Shown here: piece after piece, positions 11,263 through 22,014 of the stretch | How the letters are laid out: every line of letters starts with the position of its first letter | Position numbering within the stretch: position 1 is the first letter of the stretch | NCBI GenBank assembly: GCA_025350405.1 | Contig: JANXXX010000056.1 | Coordinates: 2,103-66,102 of the forward strand | DNA from: Gallionella sp. | GTDB taxonomy: Bacteria > Pseudomonadota > Gammaproteobacteria > Burkholderiales > Gallionellaceae | Length of the DNA: 64,000 nucleotides | Direction: 5' to 3' | Notes under the pieces: generated by a model | The model's database searches: none | What the model was told of the DNA's origin: nothing | Seen by the model: only the letters and a program-made list of their open reading frames with translations | Program-made: the position numbers and the translations under genes

Positions 11263-12350
11263 GCCGCTCAATACTGATCATGGCAGGCGGAACCGGCGGG
11301 CATATCTTCCCTGCACTTGCCGTGGCTGACATCTTACGTTCGCAGGGCTGGCGGGTAACCTGGCTGGGCGCACCTAACAGCATGGAAGCGGACCTGATTC
11401 CCCGGCATGGATACGAAATGGCATGGGTACGCTTTTCCGGGGTGCGCGGTAAAGGCTTGCTGCGTTGGTTGCGGTTGCCGTTCGATCTGCTGGTCGCATT
11501 GTGGCAGAGCGCGGCTGCGATATTGCGCCATCGCCCTGACGTGGTGCTGGGGATGGGGGGCTACATCACATTTCCCGGCGGGATGATGGCGGCATTGCTG
11601 CGCCGTCCTTTGGTGATCCATGAACAAAACTCCATCGCCGGATTAAGCAACAAGGTGCTGGCGCGCATCGCGCAAAAAGTGCTGAGTGGATTTCCCGATG
11701 TGATGCCGCACGCGAAATGGTGCGGCAATCCGGTGCGCCGCGATATTGCAGCCTTGCCTGATCCACAGCAACGCTATGCCGCACGTAGCGGCAAACTGAA
11801 TGTGCTGGTAGTGGGCGGCAGTCTGGGTGCAAAGGCGATCAACGAAGCATTGCCGAAAGCGCTCGCATTGCTGAGCCAGGATGTGCGCCCCAACGTGCTG
11901 CATCAAACCGGCAAACAACATTTCGCCGCAGTGCAGCAGTCATATCAGCAGGCTGGCGTGCAGGCCGACATCAAGCCGTTCATGGACGAAATGGCCAAAC
12001 ACTATGGCAATGCCGACTTGGTGATTTGCCGCGCCGGTGCATTGACAGTTGCGGAGCTTGCCGCTGCGGGTGTGGCGAGCATCCTGATCCCATTTCCTTT
12101 TGCGGTGGACGATCACCAGACCCGCAACGCACAGTTTCTGAGCAAGCACGGCGCGGCGGTGTTGTTGCCACAAAGCGAATTGAGTGCGGAAAAGCTGGCG
12201 CAGTTACTCAACGATTTTGCGGACGGTGGCCACAAGGATGCAAAGAGCGGCCGCGAAAAATTGTTGGCGATGGCGCAGAAGGCGCGCGGATTGGCGAAGG
12301 CGGATGCGGCGTTCGCCGTGGCAAGAGTGTGTCAGGAGTTGGCGGCATGA
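11259..12350 (+). CDS. murG: undecaprenyl-PP-MurNAc-pentapeptide GlcNAc transferase MurG
   Basis: 363 aa with the [14 protein letters not shown] motif. Confidence 0.95.
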   Translation: MSRSILIMAGGTGGHIFPALAVADILRSQGWRVTWLGAPNSMEADLIPRHGYEMAWVRFSGVRGKGLLRWLRLPFDLLVALWQSAAAILRHRPDVVLGMGGYITFPGGMMAALLRRPLVIHEQNSIAGLSNKVLARIAQKVLSGFPDVMPHAKWCGNPVRRDIAALPDPQQRYAARSGKLNVLVVGGSLGAKAINEALPKALALLSQDVRPNVLHQTGKQHFAAVQQSYQQAGVQADIKPFMDEMAKHYGNADLVICRAGALTVAELAAAGVASILIPFPFAVDDHQTRNAQFLSKHGAAVLLPQSELSAEKLAQLLNDFADGGHKDAKSGREKLLAMAQKARGLAKADAAFAVARVCQELAA

Positions 12351-13798
12351 AGCACAAAGTCAAACACCTGCATTTCGTAGGCATCGGTGGCTCCGGCATG
12401 AGCGGAATTGCCGAGGTGTTGCTCAACCTGGGTTTCCAGGTGAGCGGCTCTGACCTGAGTGTAAACGCGGCGACGAAACGGCTTAAAAAACTTGGGGCGA
12501 CGGTGTATCTCGGTCACGCAGAGGAGCATTTAGCCAAGGCGGACGCCGTGGTGGTGTCGACGGCGGTGAGCAATGACAATCCCGAAGTGCTGGCAGCGCG
12601 CACACGCGGTATTCCGGTGGTGCCGCGCGCGATGATGCTGACCGAGTTGATGCGTTTGCGTCAGGGGATCGCAGTGGCAGGTACGCACGGCAAGACCACC
12701 ACCACCTCGCTGACCTCCAGTGTGCTGGCCAAAGGCGGGTTCGATCCGACTTTCGTGATCGGCGGAAAACTGAACAGCAGCGGCAGCAACGCCAAGCTGG
12801 GTACCGGCGAATTCATCGTGGTCGAGGCCGACGAGTCGGACGCTTCGTTCCTGTACCTGCAACCGATACTCGCGGTGATCACCAATATAGATGCCGACCA
12901 CATGGAAACCTACGGCCACGATTTTGAAAAACTCAAACAGGCGTTCGTGGATTTCGTCGAACACTTGCCGTTTTACGGCAGGGCGATGCTGTGCGTGGAC
13001 GATGCCAATGTGCGTGAGATTCTGCCGCGCATCAGCAAGCCGGTGACGACTTACGGTTTCAGCGAAGGCGCACAGATCCGCGCCGTGAATGTGCAGCATC
13101 AGGGCGGTCAGATGCGCTTTACCGCGCAATGCCGCCAGAACGGAACGCCGAAGGATCTGGACATCACGCTCAATCTGGCGGGCATGCACAACGTGTTGAA
13201 CTCGCTCGCCGCGATTGCCATCGCATTGGAAGTCGGCGTGGCGGATAGCGCGATCATCGAGGCGCTCGCGGAATTCCAGGGTGTCGGCAGGCGCTTCCAT
13301 CGTTACGGTGAAGTAGCGTTGCCGGATGGCGGCAGCTTCACGCTGATCGACGACTACGGGCACCATCCGGCGGAAATGGTGGCCACGCTGGAGGCGGTGC
13401 GCGGCGCGTTTCCGGGCAAGCGGCTGGTGCTGGCGTTTCAGCCGCATCGCTACACACGCACCCGCGATTTGTTCGAGGATTTTGTGAAAGTGCTGTGCAG
13501 CGTGGACGCGCTGGTGCTGGCGGAAGTTTATGCGGCAGGTGAGCAACCCATCGTTGCGGCAGACGGACGCGCTCTGATGCATGCCTTGCGCGTGGCCGGA
13601 CAGAGCCAGGCAGTGTTTGTCGAGGATATCGAGCTGATGCCGCAAGCGATCATGCAAATGGCGCGCGACGGCGATGTGGTCATCACGATGGGCGCGGGCT
13701 CGATCGGCACTACACCGAATAAATTGCTGGGTAAAAACGACGCCGATGCGACCGGGAAAATGCCGGCCATGCAGGCGCAACGTCCGGGTGAGCCATGA
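12347..13798 (+). CDS. murC: UDP-MurNAc--L-Ala ligase MurC
   Basis: [24 protein letters not shown] begins at ATG 12347, with ATGA overlapping the murG stop. The track ORF from 12026 is an out-of-context extension through murG. Confidence 0.95.
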   Translation: MKHKVKHLHFVGIGGSGMSGIAEVLLNLGFQVSGSDLSVNAATKRLKKLGATVYLGHAEEHLAKADAVVVSTAVSNDNPEVLAARTRGIPVVPRAMMLTELMRLRQGIAVAGTHGKTTTTSLTSSVLAKGGFDPTFVIGGKLNSSGSNAKLGTGEFIVVEADESDASFLYLQPILAVITNIDADHMETYGHDFEKLKQAFVDFVEHLPFYGRAMLCVDDANVREILPRISKPVTTYGFSEGAQIRAVNVQHQGGQMRFTAQCRQNGTPKDLDITLNLAGMHNVLNSLAAIAIALEVGVADSAIIEALAEFQGVGRRFHRYGEVALPDGGSFTLIDDYGHHPAEMVATLEAVRGAFPGKRLVLAFQPHRYTRTRDLFEDFVKVLCSVDALVLAEVYAAGEQPIVAADGRALMHALRVAGQSQAVFVEDIELMPQAIMQMARDGDVVITMGAGSIGTTPNKLLGKNDADATGKMPAMQAQRPGEP

Positions 13799-14730
13799 AC
13801 ATGACCGAACTACAACATTTTAGCGATTCGGCATTGCGTGGCACCCAATTGCGAGGGACCGCGAGCCACGACGTGCCGATGCGCAAATACACCAGCTGGC
13901 GTGCAGGCGGCACGGCTGACCGGATGTATCAGCCCGCCGATATGGAAGATTTGCTGGCGTTCTTGCGCAGCGTGCCTGATGGAGAACCGCTGTATGCAGT
14001 GGGCCTGGGCAGCAATCTGCTGGTGCGCGACGGTGGATTGCGCGGCACGGTGTTGATGTTGCACGGCACATTAAGCGGGTTGCATCTCGAGCTGGATGGC
14101 AGCGTCTATGCCGAAGCCGGTGTGCCGGGTGCGAAGTTGGCGCGTTTTGCCGCCACACATAATTTGTGCGGCGCAGAATTTTTCGTCGGCATCCCCGGCA
14201 CGCTGGGCGGCATGCTGGCGATGAACGCGGGCTGCTATGGCAGCGAGACATGGGAGAGAGTGCTGCGCGTGCAGACCGTGAATAGAAAAGGCGAAGTGCA
14301 TGTGCGCACGACAGCCGATTATGAGATCGGCTATCGCCATGTGGCATTGCGCGAGGCGAACGAGGAATGGTTCGGTGCAGCATGGCTGCAATTCACAAAA
14401 AGAGATGGCGAGGCCGCGCGGCAGGAAATCAAGGCGCTGTTGAACAAGCGCATCGCCACACAGCCGTTGAATCTGCCCAATGCCGGTTCGGTGTTTCGCA
14501 ATCCACCGGGCGATCATGCGGCGCGGCTGATTCAGGAATGCGGGCTGAAAGGCAAGCAGATAGGCGGCGCGCAGGTGTCGGAGAAGCATGCCAACTTTAT
14601 TGTGAATACCGGCGCTGCCACGGCGGCGGATATCGAGAATCTGATCAACGAAGTGCAGGAGGTGGTGCGGCAAAAGACCGGCATCAAGCTGCACCCGGAA
14701 GTACGAATTATTGGGAAAAAACTTGTTTAG
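13795..14730 (+). CDS. murB: UDP-N-acetylenolpyruvoylglucosamine reductase MurB
   Basis: 311 aa with FAD-binding-type RAGGTA and GLGSNLL motifs. Confidence 0.93.
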   Translation: MNMTELQHFSDSALRGTQLRGTASHDVPMRKYTSWRAGGTADRMYQPADMEDLLAFLRSVPDGEPLYAVGLGSNLLVRDGGLRGTVLMLHGTLSGLHLELDGSVYAEAGVPGAKLARFAATHNLCGAEFFVGIPGTLGGMLAMNAGCYGSETWERVLRVQTVNRKGEVHVRTTADYEIGYRHVALREANEEWFGAAWLQFTKRDGEAARQEIKALLNKRIATQPLNLPNAGSVFRNPPGDHAARLIQECGLKGKQIGGAQVSEKHANFIVNTGAATAADIENLINEVQEVVRQKTGIKLHPEVRIIGKKLV

Positions 14731-14793
14731 ACACATAACCAGCGACTTGGCTGAAGTTTGTTGGCGGCCTAGTCGAATGGCTAGTGGTTGCAT

Positions 14794-14853
14794 CAGAGAA
14801 CACAGAGATCACAGAGTGTACGGAGGTTTTCTCTGTGGGCTCTGTGATTTCTG
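14794..14853. repeat. palindromic CACAGAGNN-repeat element, copy A
   Basis: Left arm CAGAGAACACAGAGATCACAGAG, a 14-nt loop, and right arm CTCTGTGGGCTCTGTGATTTCTG. Same family as 26553-26633. It sits inside the dcw operon between murB and ddl. Confidence 0.8.
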
Positions 14854-14883
14854 CGGCGGGTTTAATTTTTTGAGACAGAGGAT

Positions 14884-15795
14884 ATGAAGAATTTCGGCAA
14901 AGTCGCGGTGTTGTTTGGCGGTAAATCCGCCGAGCGCGAGGTGTCGCTGAAAAGCGGTGCGGCGGTATTGGCGGCGTTGCTGCGCAGCGGTGTGGAAGCA
15001 CATCCATTCGATCCTGCCGTGCAGAATTTGCAGGCGCTGGCTGACGATGGTTTCGACCGCGCCTTCATTGCTCTGCATGGACGTTACGGCGAAGACGGCA
15101 CGGTGCAGGGTGCGCTGGAATTGTTGGGGATACCGTATACCGGCAGTGGCGTGATGGCGTCCGCACTCGGCATGGACAAGTGGCGCACCAAGCTGGTGTG
15201 GCAGGCGGCCGGGTTACCGATACCTGACTATGCGCTGCTCGATGAGCACAGCGATTGGAATATGGTTGCGCAAAAACTGGGTATGCCGTTGTTTGTAAAA
15301 CCGGCCAACGAAGGCTCCAGTGTCGGCATCACTAAAGTGAAAGTATCCGGCGAATTGCCCGCCGCATACCGCGCAGCCGTCAAGTACGACAAGCTGGTGC
15401 TGGCGGAAAGTTACATCGGTGGCGGGGAATATACCGTGGCGATCTTGGGCGAGCAGGCGTTGCCGGTGATCAAGATCGAACCGGCCAATGAGTTCTATGA
15501 CTACGAGGCGAAATACTTGCGCAACGACACCCGCTATCTGTGCCCGAGCGATCTGAGCGACGAACAGGAAGTCGAGATGAAGCATCTGGCCAAACAAGCG
15601 TTTGCGCTGATCGGCGGGCAGGGTTGGGGGCGTGTGGATTTTTTGAAAGACAACGCGGGCAAGCCGTATCTGCTCGAAGTGAATACCTCGCCGGGCATGA
15701 CCGATCACAGCCTGGTGCCGATGGCGGCACGTCAGGCGGGAATGAGTTTCGAACAATTGGTGCTGAACGTGCTGGAGTTGGCACATGTGGGATAA
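14884..15795 (+). CDS. ddl: D-alanine--D-alanine ligase
   Basis: 303 aa ATP-grasp protein ([25 protein letters not shown]). Confidence 0.95.
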   Translation: MKNFGKVAVLFGGKSAEREVSLKSGAAVLAALLRSGVEAHPFDPAVQNLQALADDGFDRAFIALHGRYGEDGTVQGALELLGIPYTGSGVMASALGMDKWRTKLVWQAAGLPIPDYALLDEHSDWNMVAQKLGMPLFVKPANEGSSVGITKVKVSGELPAAYRAAVKYDKLVLAESYIGGGEYTVAILGEQALPVIKIEPANEFYDYEAKYLRNDTRYLCPSDLSDEQEVEMKHLAKQAFALIGGQGWGRVDFLKDNAGKPYLLEVNTSPGMTDHSLVPMAARQAGMSFEQLVLNVLELAHVG

Positions 15796-16507
15796 CGCGC
15801 CACTGCTGCGAAGTATCGCTAACGCGCTGTTCGTGTTCAGTGTGTGCACGGTGCTGTACGGCGCGGCCTATTACGTGACACATCTGCCGGGATGGTTTCC
15901 ATTGCAGAGCGTGCACTTGAGCGCCGCCCCGCAGCGGGTTGAAGCAGTGAAGGTATTGCAGGTTGTGCGCAACGAAGTGCAGGGCAATTTTTTTACCGTG
16001 GATATCGAACGCGTGAGGAAATCATTGGAGAAACTGCCCTGGGTGCGCAACGTCAGCATACATCGCGAATTTCCGCACGGTTTGGCGGTAAGCCTGGAAG
16101 AGCATCAGGTGCTGGCACGCTGGAACGATGGCGCATTGGTGAATCGGCAGGGCGAAGTTTTCTGGGCTGTGAACGGACAAGCGTTGCCGGGCTTTATCGG
16201 ACAAGACGGAACAGCGGCTGAAGTCACACAGCAGTACGTGCAATTCAGCCAGCAACTTGCCGCGCTGGATTTGCAGGTATCCCAGATTTCCATGTCGCCG
16301 CGCCATGCCTGGCAACTGCGTTTGAGCAACGGCATGGTGCTGGAACTGGGGCGCGAGGAGATGCAGCTACGCTTGGCGAGATTCGTGGATGTATATCCCT
16401 ACAGCCTGGCGGCGATGCAAGATAAGGTGAAATATGTGGACTTGCGCTACCGCAATGGATTTGCGGTGGGCGGGCTGGTTCAAAGCGGGTTGGCTAAACG
16501 AGGTTGA
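15785..16507 (+). CDS. ftsQ: cell division protein FtsQ
   Basis: 240 aa, one TM segment followed by a POTRA-like region, located between ddl and ftsA. Confidence 0.9.
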   Translation: MWDNAPLLRSIANALFVFSVCTVLYGAAYYVTHLPGWFPLQSVHLSAAPQRVEAVKVLQVVRNEVQGNFFTVDIERVRKSLEKLPWVRNVSIHREFPHGLAVSLEEHQVLARWNDGALVNRQGEVFWAVNGQALPGFIGQDGTAAEVTQQYVQFSQQLAALDLQVSQISMSPRHAWQLRLSNGMVLELGREEMQLRLARFVDVYPYSLAAMQDKVKYVDLRYRNGFAVGGLVQSGLAKRG

Positions 16508-16529
16508 ACGCGGCAGTGGAGAACAAGTG

Positions 16530-17765
16530 ATGAGCAGAACCAAGGAAACCAAGAACCTGATAGTCGGATTGGACATCGGCACGTCCAAGATCGTGGTCAT
16601 CGTCAGTGAAGTCAAGGCGGACGGCATGCTGGAAGTGATCGGCATGGGCATGCACCAATCTTCGGGGATGAAAAAGGGCATGGTGGTCAACATCGAAGCC
16701 ACCGTGGGCGCGATTCAGCGTGCGCTGGAGGAAGCCGAGTTGATGGCCGATTGCAAGATCACCGCGGTCTATACCGGCATCGCCGGCAGCCATATCCGCA
16801 GCATTAATTCGCGCGGCATGGTGAAGATCAAGGAGAAAGAAGTCGTTGCCGCCGACATCGAGCGCGTGATCGAGACGGCCAGTTCGATCAGCCTGCCCGG
16901 CGACCAGCAGATCTTGCACATCCTCGAACAGGAATTCAGCATCGATGGACAGGACGGCATCAAAAAGCCGCTGGGCATGAGCGGGATGCGTCTGGATGTC
17001 GAGGTGCACATCATCAGCGGTGCGGTATCTGCGGTGCAGAACATCATGAAGTGCATCCATCGCTGCGGTCTGGAAGTCAACGAATTGATCCTGCAGCCGC
17101 TGGCATCGAGCAAGGCCGTGCTTGCCGACGATGAGAAGGAGCTGGGCGTGTGCCTGGTGGACATCGGTGGTGGCACCACCGACATCGCGGTGTTTACCGG
17201 TGGCGCGATCCGCCATACTGCGGTGATACCGATCGCCGGCGACCAGATCACCAATGACATCGCGATGGCGTTGCGCACCCCGACCCAGGATGCCGAAGAC
17301 ATCAAGATCCAGCATGGCTGCGCGCTGCGCCAACTGGCCGACGGCGGCGTGATCGAAGTGCCAGGCGTGGGCGAGCGCGGGCCGCGCACGCTGTCCAGCC
17401 AAACCCTGGCGGAAGTGATCGAACCGCGCGTCGAGGAATTGTATTCGCTGGTGCAGCAGGAGCTGCGCCGCAGCGGCTTCGAGGAGTTGCTGTCATCGGG
17501 CATCGTGATCACCGGCGGCAGCAGCGCCATGCAAGGCATGGTCGAACTGGGTGAGGAGATATTCCATCTGCCGGTGCGCTTGGGTATTCCGAAATATATC
17601 GGCGGCTTATCCGATGTGGTGAAGACTCCGCGCATGGCGACCGGCGTGGGGCTGCTGTTGTATGGGCTGGAACATCATCAACGCAATATTGAAAGGCGTA
17701 TGGAATCGAATTCATTGGGCGACGTGCTGGGAAGGATGAAGACTTGGTTGCAGGGAAATTTTTAG
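16530..17765 (+). CDS. ftsA: cell division protein FtsA
   Basis: Actin-like ATPase starting MSRTKETKNLIVGLDIGTSK at ATG 16530. The track ORF from 16434 overlaps ftsQ. Confidence 0.95.
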   Translation: MSRTKETKNLIVGLDIGTSKIVVIVSEVKADGMLEVIGMGMHQSSGMKKGMVVNIEATVGAIQRALEEAELMADCKITAVYTGIAGSHIRSINSRGMVKIKEKEVVAADIERVIETASSISLPGDQQILHILEQEFSIDGQDGIKKPLGMSGMRLDVEVHIISGAVSAVQNIMKCIHRCGLEVNELILQPLASSKAVLADDEKELGVCLVDIGGGTTDIAVFTGGAIRHTAVIPIAGDQITNDIAMALRTPTQDAEDIKIQHGCALRQLADGGVIEVPGVGERGPRTLSSQTLAEVIEPRVEELYSLVQQELRRSGFEELLSSGIVITGGSSAMQGMVELGEEIFHLPVRLGIPKYIGGLSDVVKTPRMATGVGLLLYGLEHHQRNIERRMESNSLGDVLGRMKTWLQGNF

Positions 17766-17828
17766 CGGTTTTTATTGGTTCAGGTACGACAGGGTTGATT
17801 TTTTTGTAATTACTTTAAGGAGATGACG

Positions 17829-18995
17829 ATGTTTGAAATCATGGAAACACAAACTCAGGATGCAGTGATCAAGGTAATCGGTGTGGGCGGCTGCGGCGGT
17901 AACGCCGTGGACCATATGATCGAGCAAGGCGTGCAGGGAGTCGAATTCATTGTCATCAACACCGACGCGCAAGCACTCAAGCGCAGCAAGGCGCGCACCC
18001 AGTTGCAGATCGGTGTGAACATCACCAAAGGCTTGGGTGCGGGTGCCAAACCTGCGGTAGGCCAGGCGGCGGCAGAAGAAGACCGGAGTCGCATCAAGGA
18101 GATGCTGACTGGGGCACACATGGTGTTTATCACTGCCGGTATGGGTGGGGGCACCGGAACGGGTGCAGCACCCGTCGTCGCGCAAATCGCCAAGGAGATG
18201 GACATCCTGACCGTGGCGGTAGTGACCAAGCCGTTCGCTTATGAGGGCAACCGGATGCGTTTTGCCAAAGACGGTATCGAGGTACTGGCAAAATATGTCG
18301 ATTCGCTGATCATCGTGCCGAATTCCAAGTTGATGGAAGTGCTGGGCAAGGACGTCACCGTGCCGGAAGCGTTCAAGGCAGCCAACGGCGTGCTGCAGGG
18401 TGCGGTAGCGGGTATTGCCGAGGTCATCAATGTGCCCGGCTTGATCAACGTGGACTTCGCCGACGTGCGTACCGTGATGTCGGAGAACGGCATGGCGATG
18501 ATGGGTTCGGCAATAGCATCAGGGCAGGATCGGGCGCGGGTCGCGGCTGAGCGCGCGATAGCCAGCCCGCTGCTGGAAGATGTGGATATGTCCGGTGCAC
18601 GTGGCGTGCTGGTGAACATCACTTCGAGCAACAGCCTGAAGCTCAAGGAAATCGACGACGTGATGGAGTGCGTCCAGTTTGCCGCCGAAGAAGCAACCGT
18701 GATCGTCGGCTCGGTGTTCGACGAAACGATGGGTGACGAAATGCGCGTAACGGTCGTGGCCACGGGCCTGGGCGCACCACAGGCGCGCAAGCAAGCCAAG
18801 CCGGAAATCATCTATAACAATCAGGATTACCAGCGCACCGGTACGAACGATGAGCCGATGGCCAACGTGAATTACGGCGAGCTGGAAACACCAACCATCA
18901 TGAGGAGCGGGCGCAGGGCTGCGGTGGATGCGATGGAAAAATCCGGCGTCGACACTTACGACATCCCGTCCTTCCTGCGTAAACAGGCGGACTGA
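17829..18995 (+). CDS. ftsZ: cell division GTPase FtsZ
   Basis: Carries the GGGTGTGA tubulin signature. AAGGAG (17817-17822) is correctly spaced for ATG 17829 and directly abuts ATG 17823. Confidence 0.95.
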   Translation: MFEIMETQTQDAVIKVIGVGGCGGNAVDHMIEQGVQGVEFIVINTDAQALKRSKARTQLQIGVNITKGLGAGAKPAVGQAAAEEDRSRIKEMLTGAHMVFITAGMGGGTGTGAAPVVAQIAKEMDILTVAVVTKPFAYEGNRMRFAKDGIEVLAKYVDSLIIVPNSKLMEVLGKDVTVPEAFKAANGVLQGAVAGIAEVINVPGLINVDFADVRTVMSENGMAMMGSAIASGQDRARVAAERAIASPLLEDVDMSGARGVLVNITSSNSLKLKEIDDVMECVQFAAEEATVIVGSVFDETMGDEMRVTVVATGLGAPQARKQAKPEIIYNNQDYQRTGTNDEPMANVNYGELETPTIMRSGRRAAVDAMEKSGVDTYDIPSFLRKQAD

Positions 18996-19093
18996 AAATC
19001 GAAAATTTGCAAGGATAAGGAAAATCCGGCCTTGCAGCCGGGAAAGCAAGCTGTGGTAATATTAAACATATGATTCCGGTAAGCAAAGCGGTG

Positions 19094-20005
19094 ATGGTCA
19101 AGCAGCGCACCTTGAAAAATTCCGTCAGTGTGACGGGAGTCGGCTTGCACAGCGGCGAAAAAGTCACGCTCGGTTTACGTCCGGCACCGGTCAATACCGG
19201 CGTCGTGTTTCGCCGCGTGGATGTCAAGCCGGTTGAGGAAATTTGTGCGCGCGCCGATCGGGTGCATGACACACGCTTGTCAACCTGCATGGAACAAGGC
19301 GGTGTGCGTGTCGCCACCATCGAGCATCTGATGTCGGCATTGGCCGGATTGGGCGTGGACAACATCTATGTCGATCTGGACAGCGCGGAAGTGCCGATTA
19401 TGGATGGCAGCGCGGGCACGTTCGTGTTCCTGTTGCAATCGGCGGGTATCGTTGAGCAGTCAGCCGCAAAAAAATTCATACGCATCAAAAAGACCGTGGA
19501 GGTCAAGCAAGGCGATAAGTGGGTGCGCTTTGAGCCTCACTCTGGTTACAAATTAACGTTCACGATCAATTTCGCTCACCCGGTGTTTGCCAATGCCAAG
19601 CAACACGTCACGGTCGATCTGGGCGAGGAGTCCTATGTGCGCGACATCAGCAGGGCGCGCACCTTTGGTTTTATGCAGGATGTCGAGAACATGCGCGCGC
19701 AAGGTTTGGCATTGGGCGGCAGCCTGGACAACGCCATCGTGATGGATGATTACCGTGTGCTGAATGCGGACGGATTGCGTTTCGAGGACGAGTTCGTCAA
19801 GCACAAAGTGCTTGATGCGATTGGCGACCTCTACCTGCTGGGGCATCCGCTGATCGGCGCATTTTCCGGCCACAAATCCGGCCATGCCTTGAATAACGCC
19901 CTGTTGCGCGAGTTGCTTGCCGATGAAGACGCTTGGGAATTCGTCACGTTCAATAGCGTGGAAGAGGCGCCGGCATTTCTCCGGCTGCAATTGCAGGCGG
20001 CTTGA
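19094..20005 (+). CDS. lpxC: UDP-3-O-acyl-GlcNAc deacetylase LpxC
   Basis: [21 protein letters not shown] matches the canonical LpxC N-terminus. The track start at 19070 adds 8 residues. Confidence 0.93.
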   Translation: MVKQRTLKNSVSVTGVGLHSGEKVTLGLRPAPVNTGVVFRRVDVKPVEEICARADRVHDTRLSTCMEQGGVRVATIEHLMSALAGLGVDNIYVDLDSAEVPIMDGSAGTFVFLLQSAGIVEQSAAKKFIRIKKTVEVKQGDKWVRFEPHSGYKLTFTINFAHPVFANAKQHVTVDLGEESYVRDISRARTFGFMQDVENMRAQGLALGGSLDNAIVMDDYRVLNADGLRFEDEFVKHKVLDAIGDLYLLGHPLIGAFSGHKSGHALNNALLRELLADEDAWEFVTFNSVEEAPAFLRLQLQAA

Positions 20006-20029
20006 TCCGGGTATGAACACGGCGGGTTT

Positions 20030-20230
20030 GTGCTGATCCTGCGTTTGTTTATCATGCTGGTGGGATTGCTGCTGGTGTTAAGCGGCGGGATGTATATTTT
20101 TACGCGTAACCGCCGCTATCTCGAATTTGCACGGCAAACGCTGCGTTTCACTGTGCTGTCGCTGTTGGTGTTCGCGCTGCTGTTTTTGCTGGAGCGCTAT
20201 GTGTTGGTCGGCTGGCTGGCAATTCTTTAA
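20030..20230 (+). CDS. small two-TM membrane protein, unknown function
   Basis: 66 aa with two hydrophobic helices. GTG start 25 nt after lpxC. No recognisable family. Confidence 0.45.
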   Translation: MLILRLFIMLVGLLLVLSGGMYIFTRNRRYLEFARQTLRFTVLSLLVFALLFLLERYVLVGWLAIL

Positions 20231-20239
20231 GCCGGGTGT

Positions 20240-20390
20240 TGAAAAACTATTGCGCGCTCGACATCACTGCGTTGCCAAAGGCTCAAAATGCGGGGTTGCG
20301 TAGCGCTAAGCTGTGTGTAAACTCCGCTTTTCGCGCTTTCGCGCCTTGTTATGTTTTTTGCTCGCTACGATTTTCAATACCCTGTTAGGG
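20240..20390 (-). repeat. about 140-nt intergenic repeat, copy 2 (inverted relative to 1513-1650)
   Basis: The reverse complement shares GAAAATCGTAGCGAGC, ATTTTGAGCC and GTCGAGCGCGCAATAGTTTTTCAAC blocks with 1513-1650. Confidence 0.6.
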
Positions 20391-20395
20391 GTTGC

Positions 20396-20827
20396 CTAGC
20401 TTTTTGTCCGAACCATTTTTTCCAGTGCAAGCCGGAGCGGTGAGTTGTCATTCAGGCTAAGGCTGAGTTTATCCAGTGCGCTTTGTGCCGTTTTGCTCAG
20501 TTTGTGGGGGGGCGGTTTAGGTTGCAGGCGATCGAAGGAAACTTGCACCTTGACGCGAATTCCGCTAACCTCACAGCCCCTGTCCTGCATCATTACGGCC
20601 AGCTCGGGTGCAAGTTGGCGTAATTTCGCGGCAACAGTGGCATTGGCAACGGCGATGCTGAGCGTGCCGAGTTGCAAGCCTAATACCTGCACTTGACTGG
20701 ATTGCGCAAGATGGGGCGGCGCGACGCTGATAAAATGACGCTGCAAGGCCGACAAAGCTTGGGCTTTGGCCAGCAAGGGACTTAGCTCCTGATTGCCATT
20801 GAGCAATGTTTTCAGATGTTGAGCCAC
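20396..20827 (-). CDS. DUF721 (DciA-like) protein
   Basis: 143 aa. The pattern HFISVAPPHL...LGTLSIAVANATVAAKLRQLAPEL is typical of DUF721, and the position between lpxC and secA is the usual betaproteobacterial one. Confidence 0.7.
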   Translation of the reverse strand: MAQHLKTLLNGNQELSPLLAKAQALSALQRHFISVAPPHLAQSSQVQVLGLQLGTLSIAVANATVAAKLRQLAPELAVMMQDRGCEVSGIRVKVQVSFDRLQPKPPPHKLSKTAQSALDKLSLSLNDNSPLRLALEKMVRTKS

Positions 20828-20858
20828 AGATTCTCGATTACTTTAGGAAGGAGGAGGC

Positions 20859-21779
20859 ATGAATATTATTCTAGTTTCCAACCGCTTGGCAAAAACTCGC
20901 ACTTATACGCTGAGTGGCTGGCAAATGGCATTTTTGCTGCTGTTGCTGTCCGGCCTGATGCTGGGTGCGGCTTTAACCCTGCAATATGCACTGGTGCGTT
21001 TTGCTCCAGAAGGCTTGAGCGATGAGATACGCGCCTTGTTATCCGAAGTGCAGAACGATGAACAGCAAAAGCAGAAGTTCTACCTGCATAGCAGTCTCGA
21101 TGCCATGGCGGTAAGGGTCGGGCAGATGCAGGCGCAAGTACAGCGCCTGGATGCGCTGGGAGCGCGCCTGGCCAAGCTGACTGGAATGAAACCGGAAGAG
21201 TTTCAGTTTTCCCAACCGCCCGCACAGGGGGGGCCGCTGGTGATATTCCCTGAGCAAAAGATGTCGGAAAATGGCTTGGTTCAGCAATTGGAAAGATTGA
21301 GCCATGTGGTCAATGATCGCAGCGATAAGTTGCTGGCCCTGGAAACCATGCTGTTGCAGAACCAGTTGAGCCGCAAATTGCTGCCGTCCATACCGCCCGT
21401 CAACAAGGGGTTTTATTCCTCGAATTTTGGTTGGCGTATAGATCCCTTCACTGGCGCAAATGCGATGCACGAAGGGGTGGATTTTGTGGCAGATGTCGGA
21501 ACGCCGATTTATGCTTCGGCCGGCGGAGTGGTTGCCTATGCAAGCATGCATCCCCAGTATGGTAATATGGTAGAGATTGATCACGGCAAGGACATTGTCA
21601 CCCGTTACGGGCATGCTTCAAAATTGTTCGTAAAGGTCGGTCAGGTGGTGCGGCGCGGGGAAAAGATCGCCGAGGTGGGCAGCACCGGACGTTCTACCGG
21701 CAACCATTTGCACTTCGAAGTTCGTTACAAGGGTAGTGCTCAGAATCCCGTGCGCTTTTTAGAAAAAGCCGCCAGTTAA
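20859..21779 (+). CDS. M23 family metallopeptidase
   Basis: 306 aa with an N-terminal TM segment, a coiled coil, and HEGVDF...GNHLHFEV LytM-type zinc motifs. Confidence 0.9.
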   Translation: MNIILVSNRLAKTRTYTLSGWQMAFLLLLLSGLMLGAALTLQYALVRFAPEGLSDEIRALLSEVQNDEQQKQKFYLHSSLDAMAVRVGQMQAQVQRLDALGARLAKLTGMKPEEFQFSQPPAQGGPLVIFPEQKMSENGLVQQLERLSHVVNDRSDKLLALETMLLQNQLSRKLLPSIPPVNKGFYSSNFGWRIDPFTGANAMHEGVDFVADVGTPIYASAGGVVAYASMHPQYGNMVEIDHGKDIVTRYGHASKLFVKVGQVVRRGEKIAEVGSTGRSTGNHLHFEVRYKGSAQNPVRFLEKAAS

Positions 21780-21794
21780 CAGAGATGGTTTATT

Positions 21795-21835
21795 GGTGAG
21801 GGTGGGGTGCAGGTAGCCTCACCCTTTGTTATTTG
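21795..21835 (+). terminator. putative intrinsic terminator after the M23 peptidase gene
   Basis: GGTGAGG..CCTCACC stem followed by CTTTGTTATTTG. Confidence 0.45.
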
Positions 21836-22014
21836 TAGGGGACCCCTAAAAATCCGGATTTCATCCCAACTGCCGAGTTGCGGAAAAAATTTCTTGCTGC
21901 ATATCATTCATACGCAGCGCTGCGAAATTTTCCCGCGCCTTGGGTTTTGGCGAACCCCGAATATTTAGAGTCCCCTGTAGTCGAACAATTTATTATTTTG
22001 TGGTTTGGTAAAAT

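Noticed and set aside
12026-12346. A 107-codon N-terminal extension of murC in the ORF track.
   Set aside because: The extension overlaps the 3' end of murG in another frame. The canonical MurC N-terminus begins at ATG 12347, with the typical ATGA stop-start overlap.
12530-13780. 416-aa ORF on the minus strand.
   Set aside because: It is antisense to murC. It has the same shadow-ORF composition and no motifs.
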